64,000 nt of DNA from Eledone cirrhosa (GCA_964016885.1 OZ024740.1:76694001-76758000), one strand, 5' to 3'; counted from the stretch's first letter, positions 21,832-35,970 are shown. The notes: generated by a model from the sequence alone, not told the origin. A program made the numbers and translations.

Positions 21832-22974
21832 GCTTCCTTCACCCTGCTCTGTGCTTGAATTTGAAATAGGTGATAATATATAGTTTTTTCGCCTATGTAA
21901 CCATGCCACGCTAAATACTAGTATTTACGGATCTTAATCCATCATCAGTAGTGTTTACTCACTCGTTACTATCGTAAGGAAAGCTGATAGCATATACACA
22001 TATAGAAAGTGATTTTACAAACCTTTCCTGACTGCTAAGTGCACTGACTAGTGGTCTGTGATATAATGCTGAACGTTCCATATGATCTACTATTTGTTTA
22101 AAATAAGATGATACAATATAGAGAAAATTTTAAAATGCCTATAACGCAGTTAGTCTCAAACATTCCTTTTTAATGTCCCGGGCAGAACAATTTCCATGAT
22201 TAATATTTTCCTAGAGCATGGTAATTTGTCCTTCATCTATTTCATACTCTTGTAGCAGCAGTATTAATCTTAACCTGCTAACCCAACAAGCAATCAATTT
22301 TATGATCAACCATCGTGGTCTAACTATGCTTGTCCCCAAGGAAAGATAGAATGTAGTGTAATATTTCAGTCCCTTTCAATTCAAAATCAAAAGCTGAAAT
22401 GTAGAAATATGCATTCAATTTAACATACATTTAAAGAACATTTTAAAAATGAATGTTAGTGAAATCTACATAGGCTTGTTTCAAAGACCTATTGTGCCGG
22501 AGAGATCACTGAGAATACAGAAAACTAACTCACACAACAAACAGGACATGAAGATATTTTATATTTCATATCGTGAGAAGGGGTAAATTTGTCAACTCAT
22601 ATTGGTTTGGGGACGGTGTGCACGAGATGATAGACATCACGCATATATAGAGATTCATAGAAAATATGTGAGAGCGGATTATTAAATAAACAGAGGAAGG
22701 ACGTATTCTTTGGTCAACCACATAATTGAAATATATAAATATCGACCATATCAAATAAACGATTTGCCAAAGAGAACCGAAGTTTTCAAGAAAAGTATAA
22801 TGATACTTTTCTTGAAAACTTCGGTTCTCTTTAAAAAAAAGCATATTATGCAGAAATATACTATAATATGTCTGCATAATATGCTTTTTGGATTTCTAGA
22901 GCCCGCAAACTCATCAGGCTGGAATTTATCTCGGCTTCCATGGCATTAAGCGACTGAGAGTACAAGACTTCCAC

Positions 22975-23148
22975 CCTGGACAGGATGCCAGTTTATCGCA
23001 AAGCTATTGCTGGTACTTATTTTCAACGAAATATACAGGAGCAACGTGAAATATAATGTTTTATTCAAGAACACAACATAGTCCAGGAATCGAACTCACG
23101 ACATTAGATCATAAATTCAACACACTTACCATTAGGCCAGCGCCTCCA
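22975..23148 (-). mobile_element. Degenerate tRNA-derived SINE of a second family
   Basis: Minus strand has A-box-like TGGCCTAATGGTAAG and B-box GAGTTCGATTCC. Confidence 0.55.
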
Positions 23149-23399
23149 CTCTACGTAAAATTGCCATACGAAAAAATATAACATAAGACATTATAAACAA
23201 CACACGTTTAACGCATTAAATGGAAAGAGAAGATAGGAGGTAAAGATGTTTAAAACAGCTCTTTCGAAGCATCGGAAGTTTCTTTTTTTTATTTGACTAA
23301 GTGAAAATGCCGTAAGAGTAAGTGTTGCATTATAACTGGTGGAAATCACGCCCCGCCCCCGCAACTCAGTGTAGAACATCTCTCCAGCTCCGGAACCCT

Positions 23400-24140
23400 C
23401 ACCCTGTTCGTCTTCACACTGGATATCATTGAAAGCGGGAAATGAACACTGATTTCTACCGCAAGGCGGCTGGCAGGGACCTTTTCGTCCACCACAAATC
23501 TGCCCTTCCCAACCACTCTAGAAATGAGTACATTAGAAATGAAATTGCGCGCTTATGCAACAGATGCAGCGACGCTTCAATTATAGCCACCCACATTAAA
23601 CAGTTGCACAGGGTGTTAGAAACCAACGTCTACCCAGCCTCTTCCCCCACTCTACGGCGGAAACCCAAGAAGAACCAGCCCAGGCAGCAGTTGCTTCTTC
23701 AGGTTTTCACACCTCAGCGAAGAAATAAGCAACGCCATACACAGGGCCAACCGGAGGGAAGGCCATATCATCAAACAGGCCCACTCGGGACCTTCCATGC
23801 AGAGATGCTTATCTAAAAACAGCCCCTCAGCAAGAACATGTGCATCGTAAGCAATTGCCCAATACACATACTAATTATTGCCTGCGAACCAACCATGTGT
23901 ACAGCCTCGTATGCGGCATGTGCAGCCAATTCTATATCGGCAGCACTACTCGAGCCCTGCACCTCAGAATAAAAAAAACACATTACCACTAACGCCTCAT
24001 CGTTCTACAAGCACGTCATCAAATGTAAAATCAAAGATTAAAAAATAACTACTACCATCTTGGTTACGCAGTATAGGCTCCTTAAGAATCAAAACGGTCC
24101 TCCTGTTTAAATGAGTTGAGACCCCCATTAATACTAGAAT
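23400..24140 (+). pseudogene. Penelope-like element remnant (RT C-terminus + GIY-YIG endonuclease)
   Basis: TDFYRK...LFVHHKSALP...NEIARLCNRCS (PLE thumb region) and, at about 23895-23975, HVYSLVCGMCSQFYIGSTTRALHLRIK (GIY-YIG); frameshifted. Confidence 0.82.
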
Positions 24141-24423
24141 GGTAAGAAGCGAGGCACAGTACCTGGTCTAGCTTGATCCATCCTACATATATATGCAATC
24201 TACTTGAAGACATGTTCTCACACACGTTCTCACACACATGCACATATTCTTACATAAACACACAAACATATGTCACTGCATTTTCACACATACATACGCA
24301 TTTATATACTCACACACATATACACACATTCATGCACACACACACAAATATGCCATATACATACTTACACACGCTCTTGCATACGCGTTGAAACCGATAC
24401 ATATAAACATTAACAACACATGG

Positions 24424-24765
24424 TTATTTCCCACATGAGCAAACAAAACCTAACGCAAACCAATATTCACAAAAAATAAACAGACACCAAGAAGAAAATC
24501 TCGGCATGAGCTGGCGAGAGGAGTGGGCAAGGATGGGCTCGGTGGTGGGAGTGGAGTAAGAGGTGGGGTGGAACTTGAGACAGAATTCTCGGAGAATGAG
24601 GTGGAGACAGTGACTTAAAAATCTGATGTGACTGTTATATTTTATTTTGGTTAAGATGAGGTTGGAGAAGTGCACGGAGCATTGGATGCAAATAGGAGAA
24701 AGATGTTGGAGGAAGCGTTTGAGAGTGGAATGGAGCTGGCGGAGAAAATATTTGAGATTGGGCAT
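24424..24765 (-). pseudogene. Possible N-terminal fragment of a Penelope-like ORF
   Basis: SHIRFLSHCL...FCLKFH resembles the H..FL..C...P..F.LK N-terminal motif of PLE ORFs; recognised by eye only. Confidence 0.4.
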
Positions 24766-24869
24766 GATGAAGGTACTGGGGTGAGAGAGAAATAGACGAG
24801 TGAAAAGAAGAAGGTGGAAGTAAGAAGAATATAGTGGAGAAAAAGTGATAAAGGGTCATGGTGTATTTA

Positions 24870-25058
24870 AATAATTGTTTCTACTTTTGGCACAAGGCCA
24901 GCAATTACCCAGTGCATTACTGGTACTTTATTTTATCCACCCCGTAAGGATGAAAGGTAAAGTTAACCTCGGCGGGATTTGAACTCAGAATGGCAAGGGC
25001 CGTAACTCTATGCGTCAAAGCATGGCATCCGACCCTCTACCGATACTGCCAATCCACC
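24870..25058 (-). mobile_element. tRNA-derived SINE, near full length
   Basis: Reverse complement of 34844-35036; B-box GAGTTCAAATCC; tail GCCTTGTGCCAAAAGTAGAAACAATTATT. Confidence 0.9.
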
Positions 25059-25661
25059 AATGCAAGAAGTAAAGAAAATATCAGTGATACGAAAAGATTT
25101 CCCGGTGGAAGTTCAGGTAAACTCCGGGTTGGTATCCAGTTTCAGAGTGAAAATCCAATTTGAAAATCCAACGAATTTGAGAAGTCCAAGTAAGCGTTGA
25201 TATATCTAATATATATTTGTGAAATGGGTGGTGGTTGAAATTCAGTTGTGCACGGTTAAATGGTAGTAGACGTGGTCAGACGGACGTGAACATTTACACA
25301 CCTATGTAAAAAGTGCCAAGGAAGCAAATAGACGAGGTTTCAAATCTCTAACTTTAAAAATGTGGTCCCTAGGGCCCCAAAACGGTCTATTTACTATCGC
25401 TTCCGGTGAGTTATTTCCCCCTGTTCTAATACTTGGATGAGTTATTTTCCGTAGTCGCTTTCAATATTCATTGTCTTATTTACAATTTCATACAAATTTT
25501 TAAATTCATCAATTTTTTCATAACATATCAAACACAACGTTCTTTCGCTGTTTTTGAAAAATATTATTGAAAGTTTATTATAAAGAAGCAGTTTCAGGGA
25601 AAAAAAATAGAAATATGCACTTGGGGCTGGACGGCGTACAATGAGAAGTGGAGCGACGTGA

Positions 25662-26092
25662 AAAGCGTTGTTTATTAACAACGAAATAGCAATGTCCATG
25701 ATATACAAGTTTGAAAATGCAGATTATGAAGGTTTGTATGATAGTTTACACTTTGATTGCTCTGGTCAGCAAGAGGGGCCTCTATATATTAGACGTTAAC
25801 GATCATACAGTACCGTTTTATGAAATCGATTCTGCAGTAGAATTTTACGAAATGCCAAACCGAAAAAGGTCAGTTTTCTAACAAAAGAAATAAAACACTT
25901 ACATTGCGAACCCCCTGTTCTAATACTGGGGTTAGTTATTTCCCCCTCTTCTAATAAACGTCTAACATATAGAGGGCCCTCTTGCTGACCAGGGCAATCA
26001 AAGTGTAAACTATCATACAAAATTTCATAATCTGCATTTTCAAACTTGCTTGCATATCATCGACATTGCTATTTCGCTGTTAATAAACAACG

Positions 26093-26096
<4 letters not shown>
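25662..26096. repeat. Inverted repeat, arms about 25662-25797 and 25957-26096
   Basis: aaagcgttgtttattaaca...agacgtt versus aacgtcta...tgttaataaacaacgcttt; abuts (TA)n. Confidence 0.85.
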
Positions 26097-26171
<75 letters not shown>

Positions 26172-26176
<5 letters not shown>

Positions 26177-26400
26177 TAAAACATGTCTATAGAATCACCA
26201 AATAAAATATATACCGTTTCCTCTCCTAATTAGCATAATTAAAGGGGCTGCTTTCGGTTATTTGTCGGAGATTTCTTCATAGGAGCCTTTATTCTTATAG
26301 CTTGGTCTAATTGATTTTTATATGGTTAATTATGCTAATTGGGAGAGGAAACGGTATATATTTTATCTGGTGATTCTATAGACATGTTTTATGATATATA
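26172..26400. repeat. Inverted repeat, arms about 26172-26242 and 26326-26400
   Basis: atcataaaacatgtctatagaatcacca...taattagcataattaa versus ttaattatgctaatt...tggtgattctatagacatgttttatgat. Confidence 0.85.
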
Positions 26401-26498
26401 GCTCTGATTATTTAATTTATTAATTCTTCATTGAGCCACAAGGTGACCCGTTTCTAAACACATATATATCTATGACTTTATATATATATATGTAAACC

Positions 26499-26548
<50 letters not shown>

Positions 26549-26568
26549 TGTGTGTTTGTATGTATATA

Positions 26569-27603
26569 TCGATATATATAAAGTTGTAGTTCCTGCCTGT
26601 TTGTTTGTTTGTTTGTTCACGAACTCTTCCTATGGTTTTGGAGACAGACCCCCATAATCATATATATTCTGAAACTACATTGCCTAGGGTACTTGGATAA
26701 ATATATTTCATTTTAATCAAAGGGTTCCCCGGAGGCACAAACCACCGCTGAAATCTTTTTCCCTTCGATTTATATGAAATTTAAACCATGGGTAAATGAC
26801 AAGATATGATGCCTGTTCACAAAATTTCAGTAAATTTCAATAATATTAAGAAACCCTAATGGGGTTAATAGTGAAAATGTTGGCCAATAAATGGAACAAA
26901 ATGTGTTGTAACAAGATTGCATGAGAACTTGATTGAAGCAACCATTATATTCGGGGCTTACAAAGGTCAAGCTCTTCTCATTCCGAGGATTCCACTTATA
27001 CCAAGTGATAGCGTGTTGCCTTTTACATTTAAGATGCTGCAGTTTCCAGTGAGGCCATGTTTGCCATGAGCATCAATAAGAGTCAAGATCAAACTTTCAA
27101 AACTATTGGTATAGATCTGACAAACCCATGTTTCAGTCATGGCATGTTTTATGTGGCTGTTTCAAGAACTGGAACTTCAAAATATCTCTACATTTTAGTC
27201 AATCAAAGAAAGACAAGAAATGTTGTTTACCCTGAAGTTCTCCATGAGGACAAAGTATGAAATATATTTTCATGTATTTATTATGTTAAAAAATAAATAA
27301 TTAAAGAATTTCTAATTTGAAAATAATGCTTTACACAAAATTGAAATGATGAAGTTTTGAATTGATATTTCGAAAAAAATTATTTACAAGAAACAAAATA
27401 AGTATAAGATTTAATAATGTAATTTTGATTTGATGTATTACAAAAAATAATGTTTTCCAATTTTTCATACATTGCATTTTACATTGAGTAATATTGAAAT
27501 GTAGGGTTTTTCTCCATAAATTATATCACTGATTTAAAATCAATCATCATTTTCTTACAAACAAAACGTGTGAAACGCAGCAAGGCGCGGGTAATTCGGC
27601 TAG
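26569..27603 (+). mobile_element. Internally deleted Helitron
   Basis: 5' A|TC(g)ATATATATAAAG followed by (TTTG)n; Pif1-type helicase remnant; 3' GC-rich subterminal motif then CTAG|T at 27600-27603. Confidence 0.8.
26890..27260 (+). pseudogene. Helitron RepHel C-terminal Pif1-like helicase fragment
   Basis: NGTKCVVTRLHENLIEATI...IPRIPLIP...QFPVR, then a frameshift, then FAMSINKSQDQT...IDLTNPCFSHGMFYVAVSR...TRNVVYPEVL. Confidence 0.9.
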
Positions 27604-27639
<36 letters not shown>

Positions 27640-27671
27640 TGTATGTATGTATGTATGTATGTATGTATGCA

Positions 27672-28342
27672 TGTTTGTCAGGTCACCAGTTGGTGCTACT
27701 GGTAACATGTATCCCAGTACAACCTGTCTCATGGTCGGTTCGTTGGCGACTAAACTGGCAACCCCACCAATGTTTCTTGGTGAGGAGGGTGACTTTGGAC
27801 AACCTGCAGGACTAAAAACAAAATCTGTCAAAGGACAAAGGAGCTCTTAAGAGTCAATGGCCATCCAAAATCACCGGGAGAGATGACCCCTTAGCCTTTG
27901 TCAAGGCAGAATTCTAGGAGAAGGAAAACTCTGATATAACACCTGCAACCCTGATGATATCCAATGATGTTGACTTGTTCTTCTTTTTGGTAAATATAAT
28001 CTTGGTTAAGAGAGTGGGACTGGCTTTGTGCAGTGCCTTTGCTCACTATAAAAGCTTCATGGCACAGGCATTGCTTTATATCTGGAGATCTCTCTGCACT
28101 TGTCGTCACATGGTACCATGGGCCCAGCACTATGTGTCAATAATTGTCACAAGTGTAGTGTTTGTACCAGAGTTTTCAAGTGGCTGGCTGGACTAAAAAG
28201 TCACACTTGTTCAGCGCATCGGTAAGGATTCTCCTACATGGATATAAAGTAGTGGCCGTACTCGAAAACGAGTTGGCAGCCACCATGTATGTATGTATGT
28301 ATGTATGTATGTATGTATGTATGTATGTATGTATGTATGTAT
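27672..28342 (+). mobile_element. Non-coding retroposon-like repeat with (TATG)n tail, possibly RTE-derived
   Basis: A second copy lies on - at about 36800-37110, sharing gcacaggcattgc, agagtggga, ctaggagaagg and the terminal ctcga..acgag..ggcagcca-(TATG)n. Confidence 0.55.
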
Positions 28343-28399
28343 GGTTCGAAATAACAATAAACAAACAAACGCGGGATTAAATGTTATGTGTGTATATAT

Positions 28400-28448
<49 letters not shown>

Positions 28449-28449
<1 letters not shown>

Positions 28450-28560
28450 AAATGTTCAAAACCCCGACGGCAGAGGTCAAGCCGTTTCGACGGCTATTTC
28501 TGGACTCAGAAATAGCCGTCGAAACGGCTTGAGCTCGGCCGTCGGGGTTTTGAACATTTT
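28449..28560. repeat. Near-perfect hairpin within a dispersed (TA)n-associated repeat family
   Basis: aaaatgttcaaaaccccgacgg...tatttctg gact cagaaata...ccgtcggggttttgaacatttt. The family motif aagtattgagtactctggtgcgttatggtcc recurs at about 36690 and 43925, and partially at 63393. Confidence 0.85.
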
Positions 28561-28620
28561 CCTGTTACGCACTCTACTACCTTAAGTATTGAGTACTCTG
28601 GTGCGTTATGGTCCACTTGG

Positions 28621-28699
<79 letters not shown>

Positions 28700-28702
<3 letters not shown>

Positions 28703-28905
28703 AGGAGCAGATATTGCAATAGCCTGGGGTTCAAAGGCCCTCAACTCTTCAACAAGCTGCCAAGAAATTTGAGAGATGCGCAGGGTGTGGACGTGGATGT
28801 TTTCAAGAAACATCTTGATATTCTGCTATCCAGGCTCCCGGATGAGCCCACAGCATGGTATAAAGGTAACCTAATGGCAGCAACAACGAACTCCCTCTTA
28901 CACTA
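28700..28905 (+). pseudogene. 3' fragment of a CR1/L2-group LINE ORF2
   Basis: NSLGFKGPQLFNKLPRNLRD...DVFKKHLDILLSRLPDEP resembles CR1-group C-termini. Confidence 0.62.
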
Positions 28906-29049
28906 ATGGCCAACCAACACAGGCTGGAGATAGAACGTCTAACAACAAGGGCGGTGCTCCAGCATGGCCTCAGCCGGATGGCTGGAACAAGTAAAAGAGT
29001 AAAAGAGTATATTAACAGCCGAGTTGGAAATAGTATTGTGACTGGTGGG

Positions 29050-29750
29050 TGTAAAAGCATTCGGCTGGAATTTGCAGACGACATGAATTTGTTGCCGAAT
29101 GCTGAATGGCCGGAATGAAAATCAGTGCTGCGAAAACTGTGACATTCGTCCTACGAAGGAAGCCTGCATTTTAATGGAGTTCCACTGAAGCAGGTAGAGA
29201 AGTTCAAGTATCACGGAGACCGTGTTTACGAGTGATGGAAGGCAGGAGGCTGAATTAAGTACAAGAAATACTAAAACTGGTACAATAATGCACCAGTTTC
29301 AACATTCAGTAATCAGAGGAAGGGGGGGGGGGGGTAGGTAGGTGTAAAAGCCAAACTCGCTGTCTTCAATTTGGTATTCGTGCCAACCACTCTAACCTAT
29401 GACCATGAATCTTGGGTATTGGCCGAAAGAATACGATTGCGAATACAAGCGGCCGAAATGGGATTCCCTCGAAGAATTTTGGAGGAACGCTACTCAATAG
29501 AGTGCGTAACTCGGATATAAGAGAGGTCACTCCAGCTAGAGCCGCTACTTCGCATGGTTAGAATGTCTCAGGAAAGAATTGCTGGACATAATTTACGGGC
29601 AAAACCAACCGGCAAGTGACTCAGCGTTAAACCTCGAGCCAGATGGTTGGATAACATCTATGAGCTTAGCTGGTCTCACATGGGATCTAGTCGGATCAAT
29701 TGGAGGCGGTTGCTTCTGACAGGACCCGCTTGGAGGAGTGTTTGAGGACT
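29050..29750 (+). pseudogene. Decayed RTE-clade reverse transcriptase fragment
   Basis: LEFADD, MKISAAKT, LKQVEKFKY, VFTSDG, LTYDHESW, RIQAAEMGF, VRNSDIRE, PRARWLDNI across shifting frames. Confidence 0.8.
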
Positions 29751-31132
29751 ATTCTCATATATGTGTATGTGTACTATATATGCTGTGGTGGAAGAAGGGA
29801 AGCCCTGGCGCATTAATGATATGGGGGGTTTTCATCAGCTGTGAGAGCTGGTAGTGTGGCGTGCGACCGGATGATTGGTTATGTTTAAGAGTATTAAGAT
29901 TGAGTTTCAAGTATACTGTCTCACCAAAGGATCTTCTTGAACTTTTTTTCCTGTAGAATTTGTTGTTTTTGTATCACCACACTCCCTGACACTCTTCAGT
30001 TATACGAGTCTATTGTTGGTAGTGAGCTGCGCTGAATTACTCTGTACAATACTGTTCTGAGCCAGGCAAAGCGACACCATTCTTTGTAGGGCTGACATGA
30101 GACGTAACACGCAGTGCTGAACCATACCGAACAGGGCTGAACTCGCCTGTGATTTGCTGAGCTGAGTTGTGTGATAATGAGCTAAGTTGTGCTAAACCAA
30201 ACTATGCTATACCAGGTGTTGTTATTAAGTTAGGCATGACCTGGACCTATACTGGCCGAAACTTATCTTAGTTATCTAAGTTATACCAAGATGGACTGAA
30301 CAGTGTGGTATTGAGCGAATGAAGATCTATGTGCATAGAGGTATACTGAGATGAGACAAGATATATCAAAATAGGCTTAGCTGAGTCCCACTGAGCTGAG
30401 CTGAGACGTTAAGCTGAGATAAGCTGCGGTGAGATGAGCCGTGTTTTGCCGACATGTGCTGTGAGCATTAGTTTTAAAATATATTCTTACTACAGAACTA
30501 TATCATTTGTGTCCTTTTGGTGTCATTTTCACATTTTCAAGTAGTTCGGACTGCTAGCAAGTCAAGTGAGCGCCTAAATTTTACCTCATTGGACATGATG
30601 TATGTGTGCGCTGTGCGCGTGTATGCTGTTGTACATTGTGTGTGGGTTGTACGTGTGTGTGTCAATGTAGGTGTGTGTACGTATGGACATGTTTATGTGT
30701 ATGTGGGATGGGGGTGATTGCTTTCATACGTAACAGTATGCGTGCATACGGGACAGAATGCCTCTATATGCGTAAATGACTGGTGACTTCATTTTTGTCG
30801 CACTGTGTTTATACTTGTGTGCGTGTGGGTATGTTATGTGCGTGTGTGCGTGTGTGTACGCGAGCGTGAGTCTGTGTATATGTGTGATGTTTTATGTTCC
30901 TTTATGTGTCTATGAATCTTATATTGCGTGGTATGTGTAGATGAAAATTGATGTACATGAATACGTTTGTAAATAATATAGACATTTATCTATCTATATA
31001 TGTATATAAGTACATATTTGTGTGTACATACATATTCACATACAGTAGTACGTACTTTCAGGTATATAGCTCTCTCCCTCTATATATATACGTATATATT
31101 GGCAAACACACCCACAAATATAATATAATATA

Positions 31133-31207
<75 letters not shown>

Positions 31208-31276
31208 TGTGTGTGTGTGTACAAATATATATATACATATACAACTGTATATATATAAGTGTACACACACACACAT

Positions 31277-31378
<102 letters not shown>

Positions 31379-31612
31379 TAAGGCTGTTTAAAAAGCCTTG
31401 TAAACAACTTAAATTTGAAAAGTATTCGTCCAAACAGAGATGACCATAATAATAACTAACGTCTGAATATAATAGTTGAGAAAATAGAAAAGACACCGCA
31501 CAAAATAGAAATACACAATGAAATTAAATAAAATCCAATCCACTATACAATTCACTATAGAGAAAGCAAACCTGACTGTATATATTGGTATTTCTTTCTC
31601 ATTATGAGTACT

Positions 31613-31839
31613 TTAACCTTTTAGTATTTACATAACTGTATATTTACTATTATATTTTCACAGTAAAGGCTTTATCTTACATAATATCTCACATGACATT
31701 GAATCTATGAGATTTTGATATTATTTATTTTGAGAACAATACCTTAACAAAAGTATGAGAAGCCAATTACAGCCAGTTTGAACAGAAAGAGGCGAGAGAA
31801 CTCTGGCCGGATTCGACCGGTTTAAATGCTAAAGGGTTA
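31613..31839. mobile_element. Possible piggyBac-like MITE
   Basis: Imperfect TIRs ttaaccttttagtattta / taaatgctaaagggtta with TTAA-like ends. Confidence 0.45.
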
Positions 31840-32236
31840 GGGTCCCAAATAAAAGGAGTGTGGTGGAATAAGCGGAGGGGTGGAGGGGCATCGGTAATTT
31901 TTCTAAGTTGTCTCCCTTGAATTGTTTAGAAACCAGAATTAGTCGTTTAGTTTACATATTGAGAACACAACACTTCCTATTTATTTTATAACGAATGAGA
32001 TTTCTTGTAATGTTCTATTTCCTTTTAGTGCGTGTGTCATGTATAATGTTTTTAATGTCTAAAGAAAAATTTCGCCGGAGATAGATTAGTAAAATTTAAT
32101 AAGCGGGGGAGGGGTGTAATCGAGACCCGTGAGTACGTGTATGTATACAGTCACACAGGCAATCACAAGCATACACATATACTTATTTGTATGTATATAT
32201 TTACATAGAAGTACAAAACACGCACACATACACACC

Positions 32237-32313
<77 letters not shown>

Positions 32314-32342
32314 GTATATATATGTATATGTGTGTGTGTGTG

Positions 32343-32388
<46 letters not shown>

Positions 32389-32425
32389 AAAATATATATA
32401 TATGTATATATATATATATAAATAT

Positions 32426-32542
32426 AATAGAATATAAAAGAAAAACGAACATAGATATATAGATATATGTGTTCGAATCGTAAGGAACCTGATTTGAACA
32501 CATATATCTATATATCTGTGTTCGTTTTTCTTTTATATTCTA
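32426..32542. repeat. Hairpin (inverted repeat with about 11-nt loop)
   Basis: tagaatataaaagaaaaacgaaca...gtgttcgaatc gtaaggaacct gatttgaacac...tgttcgtttttcttttatattcta. Confidence 0.85.
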
Positions 32543-33434
32543 CTAGCAGTAAAGCCCGGCGTTGCTCGGGGTCGCTCAGTAGCTGTGTTAAAGTTACAAT
32601 GTTAAGTTTATTTTTTGGCTTAAAAACTGTAGTGTCTACTGTGCAGACTTGCATGTGGTGTTTTTGATTAATATTCCCTCAACCAACAATATGCCTTATG
32701 AAGTTAAGAAAACATAACGATAACCCGAATGTTATAACAAAAGAGGATGCTGGGGATAAAAACTGCACTGGTTATTTATTAACAAAGATCGAAAATGTAA
32801 ACACTGCAACGCAGAGAAAAACATTAGCGTAACCCAATTATCAGTTATGTCTGTCTGCACGCCTATATCACCTCTCTGCACGACTGTCTGTCTGCACGCC
32901 TATATCACCTCTCTGCACGACTGTCTGTCTGCACGCCTATATCACCTCTCTGCACGACTGTCTGTCTGCACGACTGTCTGTCTGCACGACTGTCTGTCTG
33001 CACGCCTAACGACGAAATATTTGCTTGTTTTACGTAGTCTTTAAATAGACTTGTTTTCAAGTAAAAATATTGTTTTAAAATGCTTTTAAATGGAAATGAA
33101 GCAAAACGGAAGTTTAGTGTTCGAACTGATGAATTTTGCAGGTCAATATTTTGCTGGCTCGACAACTGTTAAATCCAGCGTAATTTTTTACGTAAGACGC
33201 TCAATGTAAACAGAACAAAGGGAAATAACTGATAACTTACGCTCAAAAATCGATACATTATATTCGATTTCGTCACATAGGGTGGGTTAATTTGAAATTT
33301 ATTTTTCCGATGTCTTCGCTAGGGCTCAATGTACAAGTCTAGCAATTTTGGTGCAATTCCGTGAGAGATTCTAAGAGGAGATGTGTGCCAAAAATCGCTA
33401 GACAGACAGACAACCACAGTTTTATATATATAGA
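32543..33434 (-). mobile_element. Non-autonomous Helitron
   Basis: Minus strand: A|TCTATATATATAAAA...(CTGT)n at the 5' end; hairpin CCCGAGCAACGCCGGG then CTAG|T at the 3' end. Confidence 0.85.
32848..33008. repeat. Short minisatellite inside the Helitron
   Basis: Three copies of tgtctgtctgcacgcctatatcacctctctgcacgac, then shorter tgtctgtctgcacgac copies. Confidence 0.9.
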
Positions 33435-33526
33435 TTATAATATACGGCTCAGAAATATCTCTTTCTTAGAGCTTTTTGTTGTAAGAGACTATTTTGAGTT
33501 CCTAACTCAATATATACATTTAATAT

Positions 33527-33636
<110 letters not shown>

Positions 33637-33699
33637 ATACTTTGGGAGGGTCATGTTGCCAATAAGAAACACACGCACCATGCTTTCACTTCAATTTAT

Positions 33700-33839
<140 letters not shown>

Positions 33840-33862
33840 CATATATATATGTATATATATAT

Positions 33863-33903
<41 letters not shown>

Positions 33904-33958
33904 GGAAAGAGAGAAAAAGATAGAGAAAGATAGAAAGAGAAACAAATAGATAGATAGG

Positions 33959-33989
<31 letters not shown>

Positions 33990-34843
33990 GTAGATAGGTA
34001 GATACGTACATGCATGTATACATAGGCGTGCATGCGAATATCTGTTCATATCTACATAAATGCATGCACCATAACACATGCACATACATACATATTCACA
34101 CACATACATACACATAAACATACATACACATACACACGCATACATATACATACACTCCAAACTCATACACACATGCACATAAACATAAATACTCATACAC
34201 ATACATACTCATACACATACTCAACACATACATACGTACATGCTACAGACATACATGCATACTTGCATACATACATACATGCATGCATATATACATACAT
34301 AGATTCATACATACATGCATATATACATACACATGGATATATACATACATACATACATACATACATACAGGCATACATACATACATGCATACATACATAC
34401 ATGGATACATACATGCATACATACATACATAGATACATACATACATAAATGGATACATACATAAATAGATACATACATACAGGCATACATACATACATAC
34501 ATACATACATACATACATACATACATACATACATACATACATACATACATACATACATACACACATACATACATGCATACATACATACATGCATACATAC
34601 ATGGATATATACATATATACATACATATATTTATATATACATACATATATTTATACATATATACATACATATATTTATATATATATACATATATTTATAA
34701 ATATATGTGTACTTAGATAAATACTAAGGCGAGAATAAACATTTACACATTTAAAAAACAATTTCTACAGCTGATATTAGCATTACAATACGAACACCTG
34801 AGACATATCTATTTACCTCACCTCTATTATATATATGTATTAA

Positions 34844-35036
34844 GGGCGGTGGATAGGCAGTATCGGTAGAGGGTCGGACGTCATGCTTTGCAGCATAGAG
34901 TTACGGCCCTTACCATTCTGAGTTCAAATCTCGCCGAGGTTAACTTTGCCTTTCATCCTTACGGGGTCGATAAAATAAAGTACCAGTGATACACTGGTAA
35001 AATTGCTAGCATTGTGCCAAAAGTAAAAACAATAAT
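34844..35036 (+). mobile_element. tRNA-derived SINE, full length
   Basis: GGGCGGTGGATAGGCAGTATCGGTAGA (A-box-like), GAGTTCAAATC (B-box), body TTTGCCTTTCATCCTTACGGGGTCGATAAAATAAAGTACCAG, AT-rich tail. Confidence 0.9.
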
Positions 35037-35553
35037 ATATACATATTAAATATAGACTACACTACCAATATATTGTATGCATAGATTTTACCATAAAATT
35101 CATACATGCTGGTATTATAATCATTAATATTGCCACCGACCGTGAGATTTCACATAAAAAATATGTAATATGTTAATATCTGACACACAGACACACTCAC
35201 TCACACAGACACACACTCGCTCAGAAACACACACACAAACACACGCACACACAAGCACATATATATATATGTCTGTCTGTTTGTATGCATGTATGTGTAC
35301 ATGTATGTATGTGTGTGTGTGTGCGAGTGTGTGTACTTGTGTATTGAACTATGTAAATAAATGGGATCTTAATTCATTTTTTTTTACGTTCTTTTCAGAG
35401 GGCTGAGTCATCATAGTGTACAGATATAGGGGTTAGCAGGTGGGGATTATGTCACTACATCCCTGAACCGTCACACCGCCTTCCCCAGTAACAATACGCA
35501 CACGCATATATATATATATACACACACACACGCGCGCGCGCACACACACACGT

Positions 35554-35588
<35 letters not shown>

Positions 35589-35713
35589 CAAACATATATT
35601 TATATATAGTTTAGGGATAGTAACTTCAAGTAAATGTAGGCACTGGATGCGTGGTCTCAAATACTCTGGAGTTGTACTAAGCAGATTGTAATATTAATAA
35701 TAAATATTAATAT

Positions 35714-35791
<78 letters not shown>

Positions 35792-35970
35792 TATATACAT
35801 ATATATATATATACATATATAATATTAATATTTAATGCCACTCATTTCGAATTTTGTTTATCGTGAACTCGTGCGCCGATTTTTCGATACTCGATTATTC
35901 TACTATATATATATATATATATATAGTTTTGCGAGGTTTTTGATATTAAATCGTGTTTGAAACAAATATT

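Noticed and set aside
30020-30465. Degenerate GAGCT/GCTGA pentamer region resembling immunoglobulin switch repeats
   Set aside because: Short, decayed simple repeat with no supporting context.
35375-35465. Possible host exon after a polypyrimidine tract and ttttcag
   Set aside because: No recognisable coding signal or partner exons; cannot be supported without transcript data.
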